A stretch of 64,000 nucleotides of DNA. It comes from a bacterium. GTDB lineage: Bacteria; Hinthialibacterota; Hinthialibacteria; Hinthialibacterales; Hinthialibacteraceae. The translations under genes and the position numbers were made by a program. Within the stretch, counting starts at the first letter, position 1. Each line of letters opens with the position of its first letter. The notes below the pieces were generated by a model. It worked only from the letters and a program-made list of their open reading frames with translations, made no database searches and was not told the DNA's origin. The stretch covers positions 64,001 through 128,000 of the forward strand of contig CAXXSM010000092.1 in NCBI GenBank assembly GCA_963663405.2, given 5' to 3'. Of the stretch, positions 9,869 to 20,789 are shown one piece after another.

Positions 9869-11262
9869 TGACGAGACGCGCTCTATTAATTGTTGAAGAC
9901 GACGCCGACTCACGTGAAGCGATCTGCGAATCCCTTGAGACTGAAGGCTATCAATTTTTGGAGGCGGAAACAGGGGAAAAAGCGATTGAAATGTTCGCAA
10001 CATGCGACATCGACGTAGTCACATGCGATATCATGCTTCCGGGAATGAATGGCATCGAAGTCCTCAGGAAGATCAAGGAGATCAAACCCAACACCCAGGT
10101 TGTCATTCTGACTGGTTTAAGCGAAGTCGATACCGCTGTCGAAGCCATGCGGCTGGGCGCCTTCCACTATCTGACCAAACCTATCCGCCAAAAGGAACTT
10201 CGGCTTGTAATCGAGCGCGCGATCGAACAGAGGAAAATGGAAGAAGAGCGGGAGGAGTGGCGCCGTCAAGTCGCCCGGTATTCCGGAAGGCTTCTCGGCA
10301 AATCGACCGCTATGCAGAAAATCTTTCACATCATTGAACAGGTCGCTCCCACCCAAAGCACTGTCCTCATCACAGGAGAAACCGGCACCGGCAAAGATCA
10401 AGTCGCCCGCGAAATCCACGAACAAAGCCGCCGCAGCAACAAACCCTTAATCAAAGTCGACTGCGCGTCTCTGCCCGAATCCCTGCTGGAATCGGAATTG
10501 TTCGGTCACATCCGGGGCTCGTTCACCGGGGCGATCAAAGACCGCAAAGGCCGTTTCGAACTGGCGGACGGCGCGACGATCTTCCTGGATGAGATCGGAG
10601 AAATGTCCGCCAGCGCCCAACAACGCTTGTTGCGCGTCTTGCAGGACTCGGAACTGGAACGAGTTGGCAGCAGCGATACCATCCGGGTCGACGTTCGTGT
10701 GATCGCGGCGACAAATAAAGACTTGGTCCAATCCATCGCGGATAAGAAATTCCGGGAAGACCTTTACTACCGGCTGCGGGTCGTCCAGGTCCAACTTCCC
10801 CCTCTTCGCGATCGTGGAAACGATATTCCAATATTGGCACAGTCGTTTCTAGAACGGTACAGTAATGAGACAGGAAAGGATCTGAAAACATTCTCACAGG
10901 AAGCGATTAACTTCTTGAAGTCCTACTCCTGGCCGGGTAATGTGCGTGAATTACAGCATGCCGTCGAACACGCTTCCATCTTCGCTCAACCTCCAAATGT
11001 AACCTTGGAAGATCTTCCTGATGAGATTAAAGCCGGTTCTTCCCCTATCGTTTACATGGAGGCGGAAGTGAAAACCTCCATCGTTCCAGATGACAAAACT
11101 ATAGTTATATCAGTAGGTTGCACACTTGAAAAAGCTGAATTGGAAATTATCCGTAAAACACTTGCCAGCGTAGGAGGCAATAAAGAGGAAGCCGCGCGCG
11201 TCCTGGGGCTTTCCCGCAGTTCGCTCTACCGCCGATTGCCCAAGCTGGCTGGAATCCCTTGA
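9868..11262 (+). CDS. NtrC-family sigma54-dependent response regulator
   Basis: Receiver, GETGTGK, ESELFGH..GSFTGA, FLDEIGE, WPGNVREL, Fis-type HTH; overlaps kinase stop. Confidence 0.95.
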   Translation: MTRRALLIVEDDADSREAICESLETEGYQFLEAETGEKAIEMFATCDIDVVTCDIMLPGMNGIEVLRKIKEIKPNTQVVILTGLSEVDTAVEAMRLGAFHYLTKPIRQKELRLVIERAIEQRKMEEEREEWRRQVARYSGRLLGKSTAMQKIFHIIEQVAPTQSTVLITGETGTGKDQVAREIHEQSRRSNKPLIKVDCASLPESLLESELFGHIRGSFTGAIKDRKGRFELADGATIFLDEIGEMSASAQQRLLRVLQDSELERVGSSDTIRVDVRVIAATNKDLVQSIADKKFREDLYYRLRVVQVQLPPLRDRGNDIPILAQSFLERYSNETGKDLKTFSQEAINFLKSYSWPGNVRELQHAVEHASIFAQPPNVTLEDLPDEIKAGSSPIVYMEAEVKTSIVPDDKTIVISVGCTLEKAELEIIRKTLASVGGNKEEAARVLGLSRSSLYRRLPKLAGIP

Positions 11263-11304
11263 GACGGATATGATTTAATGAAAACATAATTAAATCTGGA
11301 TGAT

Positions 11305-11320
11305 TGGCATACAATATGCT
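11305..11320 (+). promoter_or_regulatory. Second putative sigma54 promoter
   Basis: TGGCATACAATATGCT upstream of the stand-alone receiver gene. Confidence 0.6.
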
Positions 11321-11356
11321 TTCTTCCAAGCCGTTATGGTTACATTGAGTGTTGTT

Positions 11357-11767
11357 ATGCCCAATATGAAACCCACCGATCAAGATACGTTCATGCGCGA
11401 TCTTCTAAAAGGAAGAAGTATTTTGATCGTTGATGACGACGACGATTACGCCGAAGCGTTGGAAGAAGTGTTCCTGCTTCAAGGTTGTCAGGTCACACGT
11501 GGCTGTGATCCAGTCTCCGCGTTGAATCTCGCTTTGACGAATGAATTCGATCTTGTAATCGTTGACAAAAACATGCCTCGGTTGACTGGCATTGAATTCG
11601 CGAAACAACTTCGCAATGAAAAACCCGCCTCAAAAATCGTTTTAATCACTGCGTATCCCAATGGAGAATCCCGGCAGGAAAGTCTTCAAGTCGGGATTCG
11701 TTATTATCTTTCCAAGCCGTTCCGTAAAAACGATCTCCTCGAAATCGCCTCGTTTCTTCTCCTGTGA
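11357..11767 (+). CDS. Single-domain response regulator
   Basis: ILIVDDD, VDKNMP, ITAY, SKPF; start uncertain (11357/11366/11393). Confidence 0.88.
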   Translation: MPNMKPTDQDTFMRDLLKGRSILIVDDDDDYAEALEEVFLLQGCQVTRGCDPVSALNLALTNEFDLVIVDKNMPRLTGIEFAKQLRNEKPASKIVLITAYPNGESRQESLQVGIRYYLSKPFRKNDLLEIASFLLL

Positions 11768-11978
11768 GTTGGATATCGTAATCCAATAAACCGATATCCG
11801 ATAAGAGGATTCAGATGTCAAATCATCGTTAGTCCACCATTCCAGACAAAAGTCGATCGAATCTTTCCACTAGAAAATCTGGCAAAAAAGGGGTATATGA
11901 GAAGGTAGGAAGCAAGCCGGGACGCTGTGGAAGCGGGTTTTGGGTCTGTTTTTGAGAGAATTAGGAAGGAGGAAATAC

Positions 11979-13079
11979 ATGCAGAATGTTACACGGAGAA
12001 CGAAGTATATACGAAACATCAACCAAGTATTGGAGATACCTGAAGCGGAACGAAGGGCCCTGGAACGGGTGACAGATAAGTTCGCGTTCCGGGTGAATGA
12101 TTATTATTTAAGTTTGATCGATTGGTCCGATCCGCACGATCCGATCCGGCAATTGATTATCCCACGAGAGGAGGAACTAAACGACTGGGGCAAATTGGAC
12201 GCATGCAATGAATCGTCTATCACGGTCGCAAGGGGCGTACAGCATAAGTACAAATCCACGGTCCTGCTTCTCTGCAACGAAGTCTGTAGCGCGTATTGTC
12301 GATATTGTTTCCGGAAACGGCTGTTTATGCGTTACAATGCGGAAGTGAATGTCGATATCATGGAAGGGATTCAATATATCCGGGAGAATCCATCGATCAC
12401 GAATGTGCTTTTAACAGGAGGAGATCCTCTTTTGTTAAGCACCAGCCGGATCGCATCCATATTATACGCTCTGCGGGAAATACCACACGTGCAGATTATC
12501 CGGATTGGCACAAAGACATGCGCGTTCAACCCCTGGCGATTTTTGGATGATGATGATCTAATTGATCTATTCGAACGGATTTCACGTTCCGATAAGCGAT
12601 TATATTTAATGATGCATTTCGATCATCCGAGGGAACTGACACAACCCGCAGTAGAAGCGATCAACCGGTGTATTCGAGCCGGAGCGATCTTATGCAACCA
12701 ATGCCCAATGATCAAAGGCGTCAACGATAACGCTGAGACATTGAGCGAGCTTTTCAATCTGCTGTCTTTCATCGGATGCCCTCCCTACTATATGTTCCAA
12801 GGCCGTCCAACGATGGGAAATATGCCGTACAATGTACCAATTACAAGAGGCTTCCAGATTTTCCAGGAGGCGGGACGGAGCACGTCTGGACTCGCGGGCC
12901 GGGCGCGGTTCGTGATGTCTCACGAAACAGGAAAAATCGAGATCGTTGGATTGGATGACCACTCGATTTTTTTCCGCTATCACCGCGCAAAGAATCCAAA
13001 AGATGTAGGCCGCCTAATGATCTACAAACGGGATGACACAGCGCTCTGGCTAGATGATCTAAAACCGGTTGCGGTTTGA
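11979..13079 (+). CDS. KamA-family radical SAM protein (lysine 2,3-aminomutase-like)
   Basis: QHKY, CSAYCRYCFRKR, LLTGGDPL, HFDHPREL; ATG 11979 after GGAGG. Confidence 0.9.
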   Translation: MQNVTRRTKYIRNINQVLEIPEAERRALERVTDKFAFRVNDYYLSLIDWSDPHDPIRQLIIPREEELNDWGKLDACNESSITVARGVQHKYKSTVLLLCNEVCSAYCRYCFRKRLFMRYNAEVNVDIMEGIQYIRENPSITNVLLTGGDPLLLSTSRIASILYALREIPHVQIIRIGTKTCAFNPWRFLDDDDLIDLFERISRSDKRLYLMMHFDHPRELTQPAVEAINRCIRAGAILCNQCPMIKGVNDNAETLSELFNLLSFIGCPPYYMFQGRPTMGNMPYNVPITRGFQIFQEAGRSTSGLAGRARFVMSHETGKIEIVGLDDHSIFFRYHRAKNPKDVGRLMIYKRDDTALWLDDLKPVAV

Positions 13080-13277
13080 GAATGGAAATAGGAATAAATT
13101 GTATATTGTTTTTCTTATTGTAAGAGTGTGGCAAGGGTTCTCAAGAAAAGGCTTACCCTTGCCACATACTCAAGATATATATTTTGTATATCTTTGATTA
13201 TCAAAGATTTAACATTTTTTATCTACGCTTTACGATTTAAACGTGAAAAAGAGTATATCGGTTTTATCCTATGTGGT

Positions 13278-14090
13278 TCACTCAAAAATCATGTAATCAG
13301 AAATAGATGTATCAATGATCCGTTCTGTTTCGTAGATTAATGCGATCTCTTCCTCTGTTAATTCTCGGTTGTAGACTCGCACTTCGTCTATCAAACCGGT
13401 ATAAAACCGTTGTTCTTCTCCTTGTATGTTCATTGCGATTTGAAACGGTTGATCGGATAAATCCGGACTGGCGGCTGTGTCCAACGCAACGCTTTCGGCG
13501 CTATCATTTGAAGTCGCTACGTTATCATACTGCCCGTCCACATAATGTTTTACTTCCAGCACAAAGACGCCATCCTCTGGAAATGTGGATGCGACATGAT
13601 GCCACTCATTATCAGCGATAAAAGTTCCCGCGACATTAAATGTACCTTGAATTTCTGTACGAATCGCGCCAACTACACCATTGCTTTCGCTGGTATTAAT
13701 CCGAAAATGGTATTTTTGGCCATTGCCTGTCGACAATCCCCATCCGAGAATTCCATGAGTGTCGATTACATCGGATTTAATCCAACACATGATGGAACGG
13801 CCTGCGTAGCCTTCTATTCCCCACCATTCCGGGGTATGGAGCGCGTCATCGCCATCAAATTCCAAGGCGGTTCCTTGAACGCCGTCTACCCATTGCGGAT
13901 CCCCCGCCAAAACTTCGGCATGAAAACCACTGCCGGATGAATCGTTCGCAACGGTCCCACTGCCCTCATCAAATGTCCAATGCCCAATCAGATCGCTGGT
14001 GATATCCTGCGCTTGCGTACCAACGGCGCAGACCAAAGTAATTAGTCCTACGCAAATCCAAACGTTAAAACTTTGATCAGATCGTTTCAT
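13278..14090 (-). CDS. Secreted LamG/concanavalin-like domain protein with C-terminal tail motif
   Basis: Signal peptide (TQA-Q), LIGHWTFDEGSG, ALEFDG, WHHVA, GLIDEVRVYNREL; ends TSISDYMIFE. Confidence 0.85.
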   Translation of the reverse strand: MKRSDQSFNVWICVGLITLVCAVGTQAQDITSDLIGHWTFDEGSGTVANDSSGSGFHAEVLAGDPQWVDGVQGTALEFDGDDALHTPEWWGIEGYAGRSIMCWIKSDVIDTHGILGWGLSTGNGQKYHFRINTSESNGVVGAIRTEIQGTFNVAGTFIADNEWHHVASTFPEDGVFVLEVKHYVDGQYDNVATSNDSAESVALDTAASPDLSDQPFQIAMNIQGEEQRFYTGLIDEVRVYNRELTEEEIALIYETERIIDTSISDYMIFE

Positions 14091-14254
14091 ATCTTCCTCC
14101 ACTGGATTCAAATTATATAACACGATTTCGATCTTATCCTCTCATAACATCGTTCTTTATGTCAAGAAATCTTCTTGACCGTTTGGATTTAATTCATATT
14201 TTGATAGGATTAAAAAAATTACGATAGAGTATGAAAAGACTTGCTCAGTGCTTC

Positions 14255-14350
14255 ATATAAAAATGAGTTTCTAAGGTTTTCTCGTTCGCAATGCCTCCCT
14301 CAACTCATTTTCATTTGCAGGTTGTGATCTCGATCATACTGGTTTACATG
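14255..14350 (+). repeat. Family A dispersed hairpin element, copy 1
   Basis: AAAATGAGTT...AACTCATTTT stem followed by CATTTGCAGGTTGTGATCTCGATCATACTGGTTTA. Confidence 0.85.
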
Positions 14351-14357
14351 AAAGGAT

Positions 14358-15782
14358 TTATGCCCCTCGGCCTGAGAATAGAAGGTTTTTGATCTTAGCC
14401 AGGGCGGCTCGCAGGTAATTGAGGGCGGTGGATGGGGAACCGGCGTTTTTTAATGTACGGAGAATATAGCGCGGACGCAGATACATCTTCCATAGCGCGC
14501 GGCGGCGCCATGTTGCCAATTCTTCCGGGGAAAGAGTCTCTGTAGATACAGCGCCGAAAGCATAGCCTCCACCACGCAGCCGTTCGCGGGAAATAAGCCC
14601 CCGCTCCGTGGTCATGGATGCCAGTTCTGTACCCGGGAGTGGAAAAGCGACGTTGAAATCGAAGAAATCAGGATCGAGTTCCCGCGCGAATTGGATCAAT
14701 TCGCGGATGCTTTCCTCCGTATCCCAAGGAAAACCAAAGACGAAGAAGGCGTGCGAGCGAATACCCACCTCCCGGCAGAGGCGTACCGCTTCAACCGCTT
14801 GTTGCGCCGTGGCGCGTTTTTTCATCCATTCCAGGTGTTGGTTGTTTCCACTTTCCACGCCGAATCCAACCACCCAGCATCCAGCGCGTTTCATCCATTG
14901 CAGCCGTTCGGCGTCGATGCTGTCTACACGGCTGTTACATCCCCACCGGATGGGGAGCTCTTTATCTAAAATCAATTGACAGAGGGCGATTACCCACTTT
15001 TTGTTCAGGGTAAATGTATCCGCATGAAAGAGAAATTCCCGGATTCCATATTGATTCACGCATTCTTCTATTTCAGCCACGACGCTTTCCGGCGGCCGGA
15101 CGCGCACATTCGTTCCCGTGAGGACAGGGACGGAACAGAAGATACATTGATGCGGACAACCGAGAGAAGTGACGATCGTCGTCAATGGATTCCGGGTTTC
15201 GGGGCTGCGGTAAAGATCGTTCTGGATCAGGTTTCGCGCGGGAAAGGGAAGCGTGTTTAAATCGACAAACTGTTCCCGGATGGGTGTGCGGACGATTTCC
15301 TCATTGCGGAGAAATGTAACGCCGGGGATTTGGGACCAGTCATCCGACCGTATGAATTCAGCAATAGTTCCTTCCACCTCGCCACGCAGAATGATATCCA
15401 GCGAGCGTGTTTCCTGGATAATTTCCTCATCCATCCAGTGAAGAGGCTCTCCTTTGGCAGCGGTAATGGTGTTGGGGAGGCGTTCTTTGATGAGAGCAGT
15501 CGTGCGCAGATCGTTTTCGAGAGTCGCGATTGTGACAGTCAGGATGGCGTAATCCGGTTGGATTTCAACGAGATCAGCGAGAAAAACATCTTCCCCATCC
15601 CGCTGAGCGGGATAATCGCGAACCCAGACCGTATACCCTTCCTTCTCTAAAATCGCCGCGCAATAGAGTAGTTCCATCGGCGGGAAAACCACATTAACGG
15701 TCTGATCTTCTACCCGGTTCTGGCACCGGTTATCCCGCCGGTACAATCCAGAGGGAGGATTGAAGAGAAGGATTTTTTTCAT
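14358..15782 (-). CDS. B12-binding radical SAM protein
   Basis: N-terminal cobalamin-binding-like domain, GCPHQCIFC, GVESG. Confidence 0.88.
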   Translation of the reverse strand: MKKILLFNPPSGLYRRDNRCQNRVEDQTVNVVFPPMELLYCAAILEKEGYTVWVRDYPAQRDGEDVFLADLVEIQPDYAILTVTIATLENDLRTTALIKERLPNTITAAKGEPLHWMDEEIIQETRSLDIILRGEVEGTIAEFIRSDDWSQIPGVTFLRNEEIVRTPIREQFVDLNTLPFPARNLIQNDLYRSPETRNPLTTIVTSLGCPHQCIFCSVPVLTGTNVRVRPPESVVAEIEECVNQYGIREFLFHADTFTLNKKWVIALCQLILDKELPIRWGCNSRVDSIDAERLQWMKRAGCWVVGFGVESGNNQHLEWMKKRATAQQAVEAVRLCREVGIRSHAFFVFGFPWDTEESIRELIQFARELDPDFFDFNVAFPLPGTELASMTTERGLISRERLRGGGYAFGAVSTETLSPEELATWRRRALWKMYLRPRYILRTLKNAGSPSTALNYLRAALAKIKNLLFSGRGA

Positions 15783-17089
15783 TTTTTGTCTGTTGCGGGG
15801 GTAGGCGTTGTTTGCGCGGCTTTCTTTTCTTCCAAACGCCGCCGTTCTTCCCGCAACATGTACTGCATCATCGCATTGACCTGCTGCATCGCTTCAGGAA
15901 CACTGGAATACGCTTTTCGGATTCGTTCAAGCGTCTCTTTCGCTTTGTTAAACTTGTCTAGTTTGATGTAGGCGTCTGCAATATTGAACATGGCGGAGAT
16001 AGGGCTTTCAGGGGTTGGCGGTTCAGCGATGTATTTTTCATAGTTGGCGATGGCCTCGCTTAGGTATTTCTCCGATTCCGCCGGTGTTGTGTCTCTGATG
16101 AGGCTGGCGATTTCGACCCGCGCTTTATTCGCATAATCCGATTCCGGGAATTCATCGATCAGACGGTGGTGTTCATGCGTCAACACCGCGATCTCTTCCG
16201 GCGAGTAGCCCTCACCATCTTCACGGAACAGAAATTCGAGGCTTTGGATCTTCCAGACGATTAATTTGGGTTTTTCTGATTCGAGAATATCGGGATGCTT
16301 TTGGAGTTGGTCATAGATCGTAGCGGAAGAGATATAATCACCCGCCCGCGCCCAGGTATGCGCCCAGGCGATGACATTATTATTCTTGGCCCAATCCAAT
16401 CCCAATCGTTCGGGATTCATACCTTCGACGCTCGTGACGTTACGAATAATACCAAGTGTTCGCGAAAATGTATCCCGCGCCAGTTCGAACTCACCGCTGG
16501 CTTGATAGACATTCGCTTCCCCCGCCAAAGCTCTCATTTCCATGTCGTACGCCATCGTGGGATCCTCGATCGATTCCCCAGCGATTTTCATGATCTTCTC
16601 ATATTCGGTAATGGCGTCTTCCGTCCGTTTTTGGGAAGCGTAAACATTCGCCAGCGCGGAATACGCTTGGCTTTGGATTTCGGGATTGGTTGTAGCGCTG
16701 GCGATTTCCGCGAAATGGGAAGCGGATTTGATCAAATTTCCTTCATCAAAATAGGTACGGCCAATTTGAAAATCACAGGAGAGAACTAAATTCGGAATGT
16801 TGGAGAATTTTTCTCTGACCTGCTGAAAAACCTTCCGGGCGCTGGCGAAATCTTTCATCTTATAATGGCAATTGGCGAGTAAATCATAGGCTCTTAGAAG
16901 CCGTTCGTCATCCGGAAATTTTTCCACGAATTCTTCAAAATTGAGCGCGGCGCCGATGACGTCACCATCTTCCAATGCGCGGAGACCACGATTAAACACC
17001 GCTTCCGGTGTATTGGACGCGCAGGCGCTGAGCAATCCAATGATTCCTATCAAACCGATACAAATAGCGATCCCGATTCTTCCATTCAT
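15779..17089 (-). CDS. TPR-repeat lipoprotein
   Basis: Lipobox LSAC, helical TPR-like repeats; overlaps the radical SAM start. Confidence 0.75.
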   Translation of the reverse strand: MNGRIGIAICIGLIGIIGLLSACASNTPEAVFNRGLRALEDGDVIGAALNFEEFVEKFPDDERLLRAYDLLANCHYKMKDFASARKVFQQVREKFSNIPNLVLSCDFQIGRTYFDEGNLIKSASHFAEIASATTNPEIQSQAYSALANVYASQKRTEDAITEYEKIMKIAGESIEDPTMAYDMEMRALAGEANVYQASGEFELARDTFSRTLGIIRNVTSVEGMNPERLGLDWAKNNNVIAWAHTWARAGDYISSATIYDQLQKHPDILESEKPKLIVWKIQSLEFLFREDGEGYSPEEIAVLTHEHHRLIDEFPESDYANKARVEIASLIRDTTPAESEKYLSEAIANYEKYIAEPPTPESPISAMFNIADAYIKLDKFNKAKETLERIRKAYSSVPEAMQQVNAMMQYMLREERRRLEEKKAAQTTPTPATDKK

Positions 17090-17412
17090 GAAGTTCAACC
17101 TTTGTTCCGTTTTTGGCCGAATAGAGGCACAACCGTTTCCCATCATGCGGCGATTGGCCGTATTCTTTCTATTCTATTCGGTGATGGATTCATATGACTA
17201 CGAGATATGTAAAGACATGTCATTTTGAGATTATCCCATTTTCTGTAAAAAAAGGAAGCCGGAGAGGAACTTCCATCCCGGAAAGGTATTGTCAGCAATG
17301 GGTAGGAGATTTGACGTTTTTATGGCAAAATATAGGGCATTTGCCTTCCTCAAATCACGTAACGGAGGGAATTGATTGAATTTGCTGGCATATGGAAAAT
17401 GGGGTAATCATC

Positions 17413-18674
17413 ATGAAACTGCATACAAAAATCTTTATCGGCCTGTTCGCCGCGATTCTATTTGGCGGGATCATTCAATACTTGGGATTTGAGGCGGAAC
17501 AATTAACCACGCTCTCCATTCTGCTCAACCTTGTGGCGCAGATCTTCCTGCGTCTTTTGAAAATGATCGTAGTTCCAGTAGTCGTCAGTTCGTTGATCTG
17601 CGGGATCGTGGGCGAGGGGAAACTGGGAACTCTTGGAAGGCTGGGGCTCCGTACAATCGCTTTTTATTTTGTTAGCACATTGCTGGCGATCCTGACGGGT
17701 TTTCTCTTTGTGAATCTCATTCAACCCGGCGTGGGCAGCAATCTAGATCTCGAAGCGCCCGGAGAGTCTCTGGGAGAAGCCGGGACATGGACCGATTTGA
17801 TTCTGCGCATCGTGCCCAGCAATTTCATCGGCGCGCTGGCGTCGGGCGATATGATCGCAGTAATCTTCTTCACAGTGATGTTCTCGATCTTTTCTTTCCA
17901 AGTTTCAGAAGAATCCCGTGGGCAGATCGTCAGTTTTTTCCGTGCGGTGTTGGATGTTGTGATGTCAATGACGATCTTTATTATCGGATTGGCGCCGGTT
18001 GGTGTGTTTTGCCTGGTCTCCGACTTGATTATTCGGACAGGGTTTGGACCATTTATTCCACTGGGATGGTATTGTTTTACAGTGGGTCTCTCACTGGCGA
18101 TCCATTTTACACTGACTCTTCCCCTGTTGCTGTATCTATTAACCCGGCTTTCCCCCGTCCGGTTTGCCTCGGCGATGGCGCCGGCGTTGCTCACGGCGTT
18201 CTCTCTACCGCCTCCAGCAGCGCGACGCTGCCCCTCACGATGGCGTGCGGAGAACGTCGGGCTGGAGTTCATAAACGGATCAGCAGTTTCGTTCTCCCTC
18301 TCGGCGCGACAGTGAATATGGATGGAACGGCGCTGTACGAATGCGTGGCGGTGATTTTTATCGCGCAGGCGGTGGGGCACGATCTATCCGCCATCGATCA
18401 GGTGACAATCATCTTCACAGCGCTGCTAGTCTCAGTCGGCGCGGCGGGGATCCCTCACGCGGGGCTCGTCATGATGGTGATTATTTTCAACGCTGTCGGT
18501 TTACCTCTCAAAGCGACGGGGATGATTTTCGCCGTGGACCGGGTTCTCGATATGGCGCGCACCATGACCAACGTCTGGAGCGACAGCACGTGCATGATCG
18601 TCGCCGCTCATTTTGAGGACGAGATCGACCGGGATGTGTTTAATGGGGAGAATGTGGACGTAGAAATGGGATGA
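17413..18674 (+). pseudogene. Dicarboxylate/amino acid:cation symporter, frameshifted (or assembly error)
   Basis: FLRLLKMIVVP in one frame, [10 protein letters not shown] and [12 protein letters not shown] in another; extra CT in TTCTCTCTA near 18205. Confidence 0.85.
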
Positions 18675-18985
18675 GAATCCTCTTTTCTTCTACTTTGTTC
18701 TTTTAAATAACGTGTTAAGCTATCTATGTTAGATAAATTTATATTTGAGTAATATTCTGCAAAATATCCTGCCATTTATTTAATAGTGTTGAACCGATTA
18801 GGAAAATCATCCTTAAACGGTGAGGCGGCATGTGATGTCCTTTCGGGAAAGAAAATCTATAAATAAATGATTTAACTAAGGATAGGTGTGGAATTTTACC
18901 GGGAGAATGTTTTCAGTTTACGTAGTAACCGTATGAATTTGTTATGAGATTTATTCATTTTCTTTTTTGAAAGGATTGCCCAATA

Positions 18986-19693
18986 ATGATGAAAAGAACG
19001 AAAGCATTTACACTGATCGAACTCCTGATTGTCGTCGCAATTATCGGCATTCTAGCCGCCATCGCCGTGCCGAATTTTCTGAACGCGCAAACCCGCGCGA
19101 AATTGGCGCGGTGTAAATCAGACCTGCGGTCGATCGCGATGGCGGCGGAACAGTATTTCCTGGATGTGAATGATTATCCACCCAGCCACATGATCTGGAT
19201 GCTCAGCACGCCCGTACCCTATATCGCCAACATTCCCAAAGATGTTTTTCCACCACCCTATGAAAACAATAGTCAACAGCCCCAAACGTACGCTCAATGG
19301 ACCTGGTACCGTTACATGTCTCTCCCAAAGGGGACAACGGATATGGTACAGCGGTCTGCGGTGATTATTGGGCTTATTTCGAACCGTACGCGTTACGTAG
19401 CGAAGCGATGAATCTTTCGTCCCAAAAAGGATGTGGGTCCGTACGATGGTATACAAAATCATTTGGGGACTAACGCAGGAATGACGGGATTATGCGGGAC
19501 GAACGGGGATGACTGCACGCTCCGTTTTGATCCTACAAACGGCCTGGTGAGTATTGGGGATGTCGCAATCTTTGGACCGGGGGACGATTGGAGTAATGAT
19601 TCAGATTCTTGCAGGTATTTTTTAGATGAATACTATACTATTGAAGGATTGAAATGGAGACAGGTTTTTAGGGTTGGAAAGCCCCTGCTTTAG
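18986..19693 (+). pseudogene. Prepilin-type N-terminal methylation domain protein, frameshifted in G runs
   Basis: AFTLIELLIVVAIIGILAAIAVPNF; the conserved FDPTNGLVSIGD end lies in another frame; shifts near 19330 and 19465; true 3' end uncertain. Confidence 0.75.
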
Positions 19694-19699
19694 ATCCGA

Positions 19700-20080
19700 T
19701 CACCCTTCGAGAATCACTTGAGCTTGGGCCATGTCACCGTCATGGGTGATGGTGACGTGGCGGCTTTTCACACCCTTTTCTTCACAAAGCAGGCGGGCTT
19801 TTCCTTCCACATGCAAGATTGGTTTTCCAGTAGATTCGTGTGTAATATAGATCTCCGCCCAGGAGATACCTTTGCCGGGGAAATCCCCAAACGCCTTTAA
19901 TGTCGCTTCCTTGACCGCAAAGCAGGCCGCTAAAAACTCCGCGTCTTTTCTACGTTTTCGCGAGAATTCGATCTCCAAGGGATGATAAATTCGTTCTAAA
20001 AAACGCTCACCGTACCGCTCCAACGTTTGAGCGATCCGTGAGATGCGGGTGATATCAATTCCAATTCCAATAATCGCCAT
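19700..20080 (-). CDS. acpS: Holo-[acyl-carrier-protein] synthase
   Basis: GIGIDI, FAVKEATLKA, GKP, TITHD. Confidence 0.93.
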   Translation of the reverse strand: MAIIGIGIDITRISRIAQTLERYGERFLERIYHPLEIEFSRKRRKDAEFLAACFAVKEATLKAFGDFPGKGISWAEIYITHESTGKPILHVEGKARLLCEEKGVKSRHVTITHDGDMAQAQVILEG

Positions 20081-20158
20081 ACATTCTCTTACTTACCGAA
20101 GAATTGTATGTAATATCTCTTCGGTGATCTTTTTATTTATCCTTAAACTTTAAGTCAC

Positions 20159-20779
20159 TCAGAGACTATTTTGATTGAGCCACACAGAGACTATATTGGT
20201 ATAATCATTGAATGTCATCTCGTCTTCTTCGATCCTGATCCCGCCGCAAAGCATTGGAAGATCCGTGCGAAATTTAGAATATCTTCTGCAAATCTCTCTT
20301 CCCCCAGGTATCGTCTTCCGCCTTGAGGAATCACTCAACCAGTCGCGAACAATCTTTATTGCTTTCTCAGGATCGTTTGAGTGATCTTTGATATCCTGGC
20401 CAGCAATATCCGAGATGAAACTCTGGTATCTGAAGGGTTCCCGATCCAGTATTAAACAAACTTTCGATTTCTGCCTTTTATCGCCGAATCTCTTTGCGCT
20501 GAGAAATAGGCCCAGTTCAAGCGGCATATTGAAGCGGGGAAGACCTGTTTTATCATCGAGTTCGGTCCTGGAAATATCATGTATCCCGTAGTTCGAGCCT
20601 TGAATGATCTTAAAGATCTTATCGATTCGAACTTGACTCGAATCATCAATCTCCATAGCGCATCGAGCTACAAATCCACAGTCGAAAACGGCAAAGACGA
20701 TAGCATTAAAAATAGTTAAGTATTGTGTATCAAAGGGACAGTTGATGAAGACGGAGCCGGAGTATTTTGATGTCGACAT
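20159..20779 (-). CDS. Hypothetical protein, probable TIR/nucleoside-deoxyribosyltransferase-like fold
   Basis: VFINCPFD, GIHDIS, RFNMPLELG, FISDIAGQDI. Confidence 0.6.
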   Translation of the reverse strand: MSTSKYSGSVFINCPFDTQYLTIFNAIVFAVFDCGFVARCAMEIDDSSQVRIDKIFKIIQGSNYGIHDISRTELDDKTGLPRFNMPLELGLFLSAKRFGDKRQKSKVCLILDREPFRYQSFISDIAGQDIKDHSNDPEKAIKIVRDWLSDSSRRKTIPGGREICRRYSKFRTDLPMLCGGIRIEEDEMTFNDYTNIVSVWLNQNSL

Positions 20780-20789
20780 TTATCGAACC

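Noticed and set aside
11979-13079. PylB or pyrrolysine system explaining the amber stop at 57897
   Set aside because: The protein has KamA-family motifs, and no pylS, pylC, pylD or pylT is visible.
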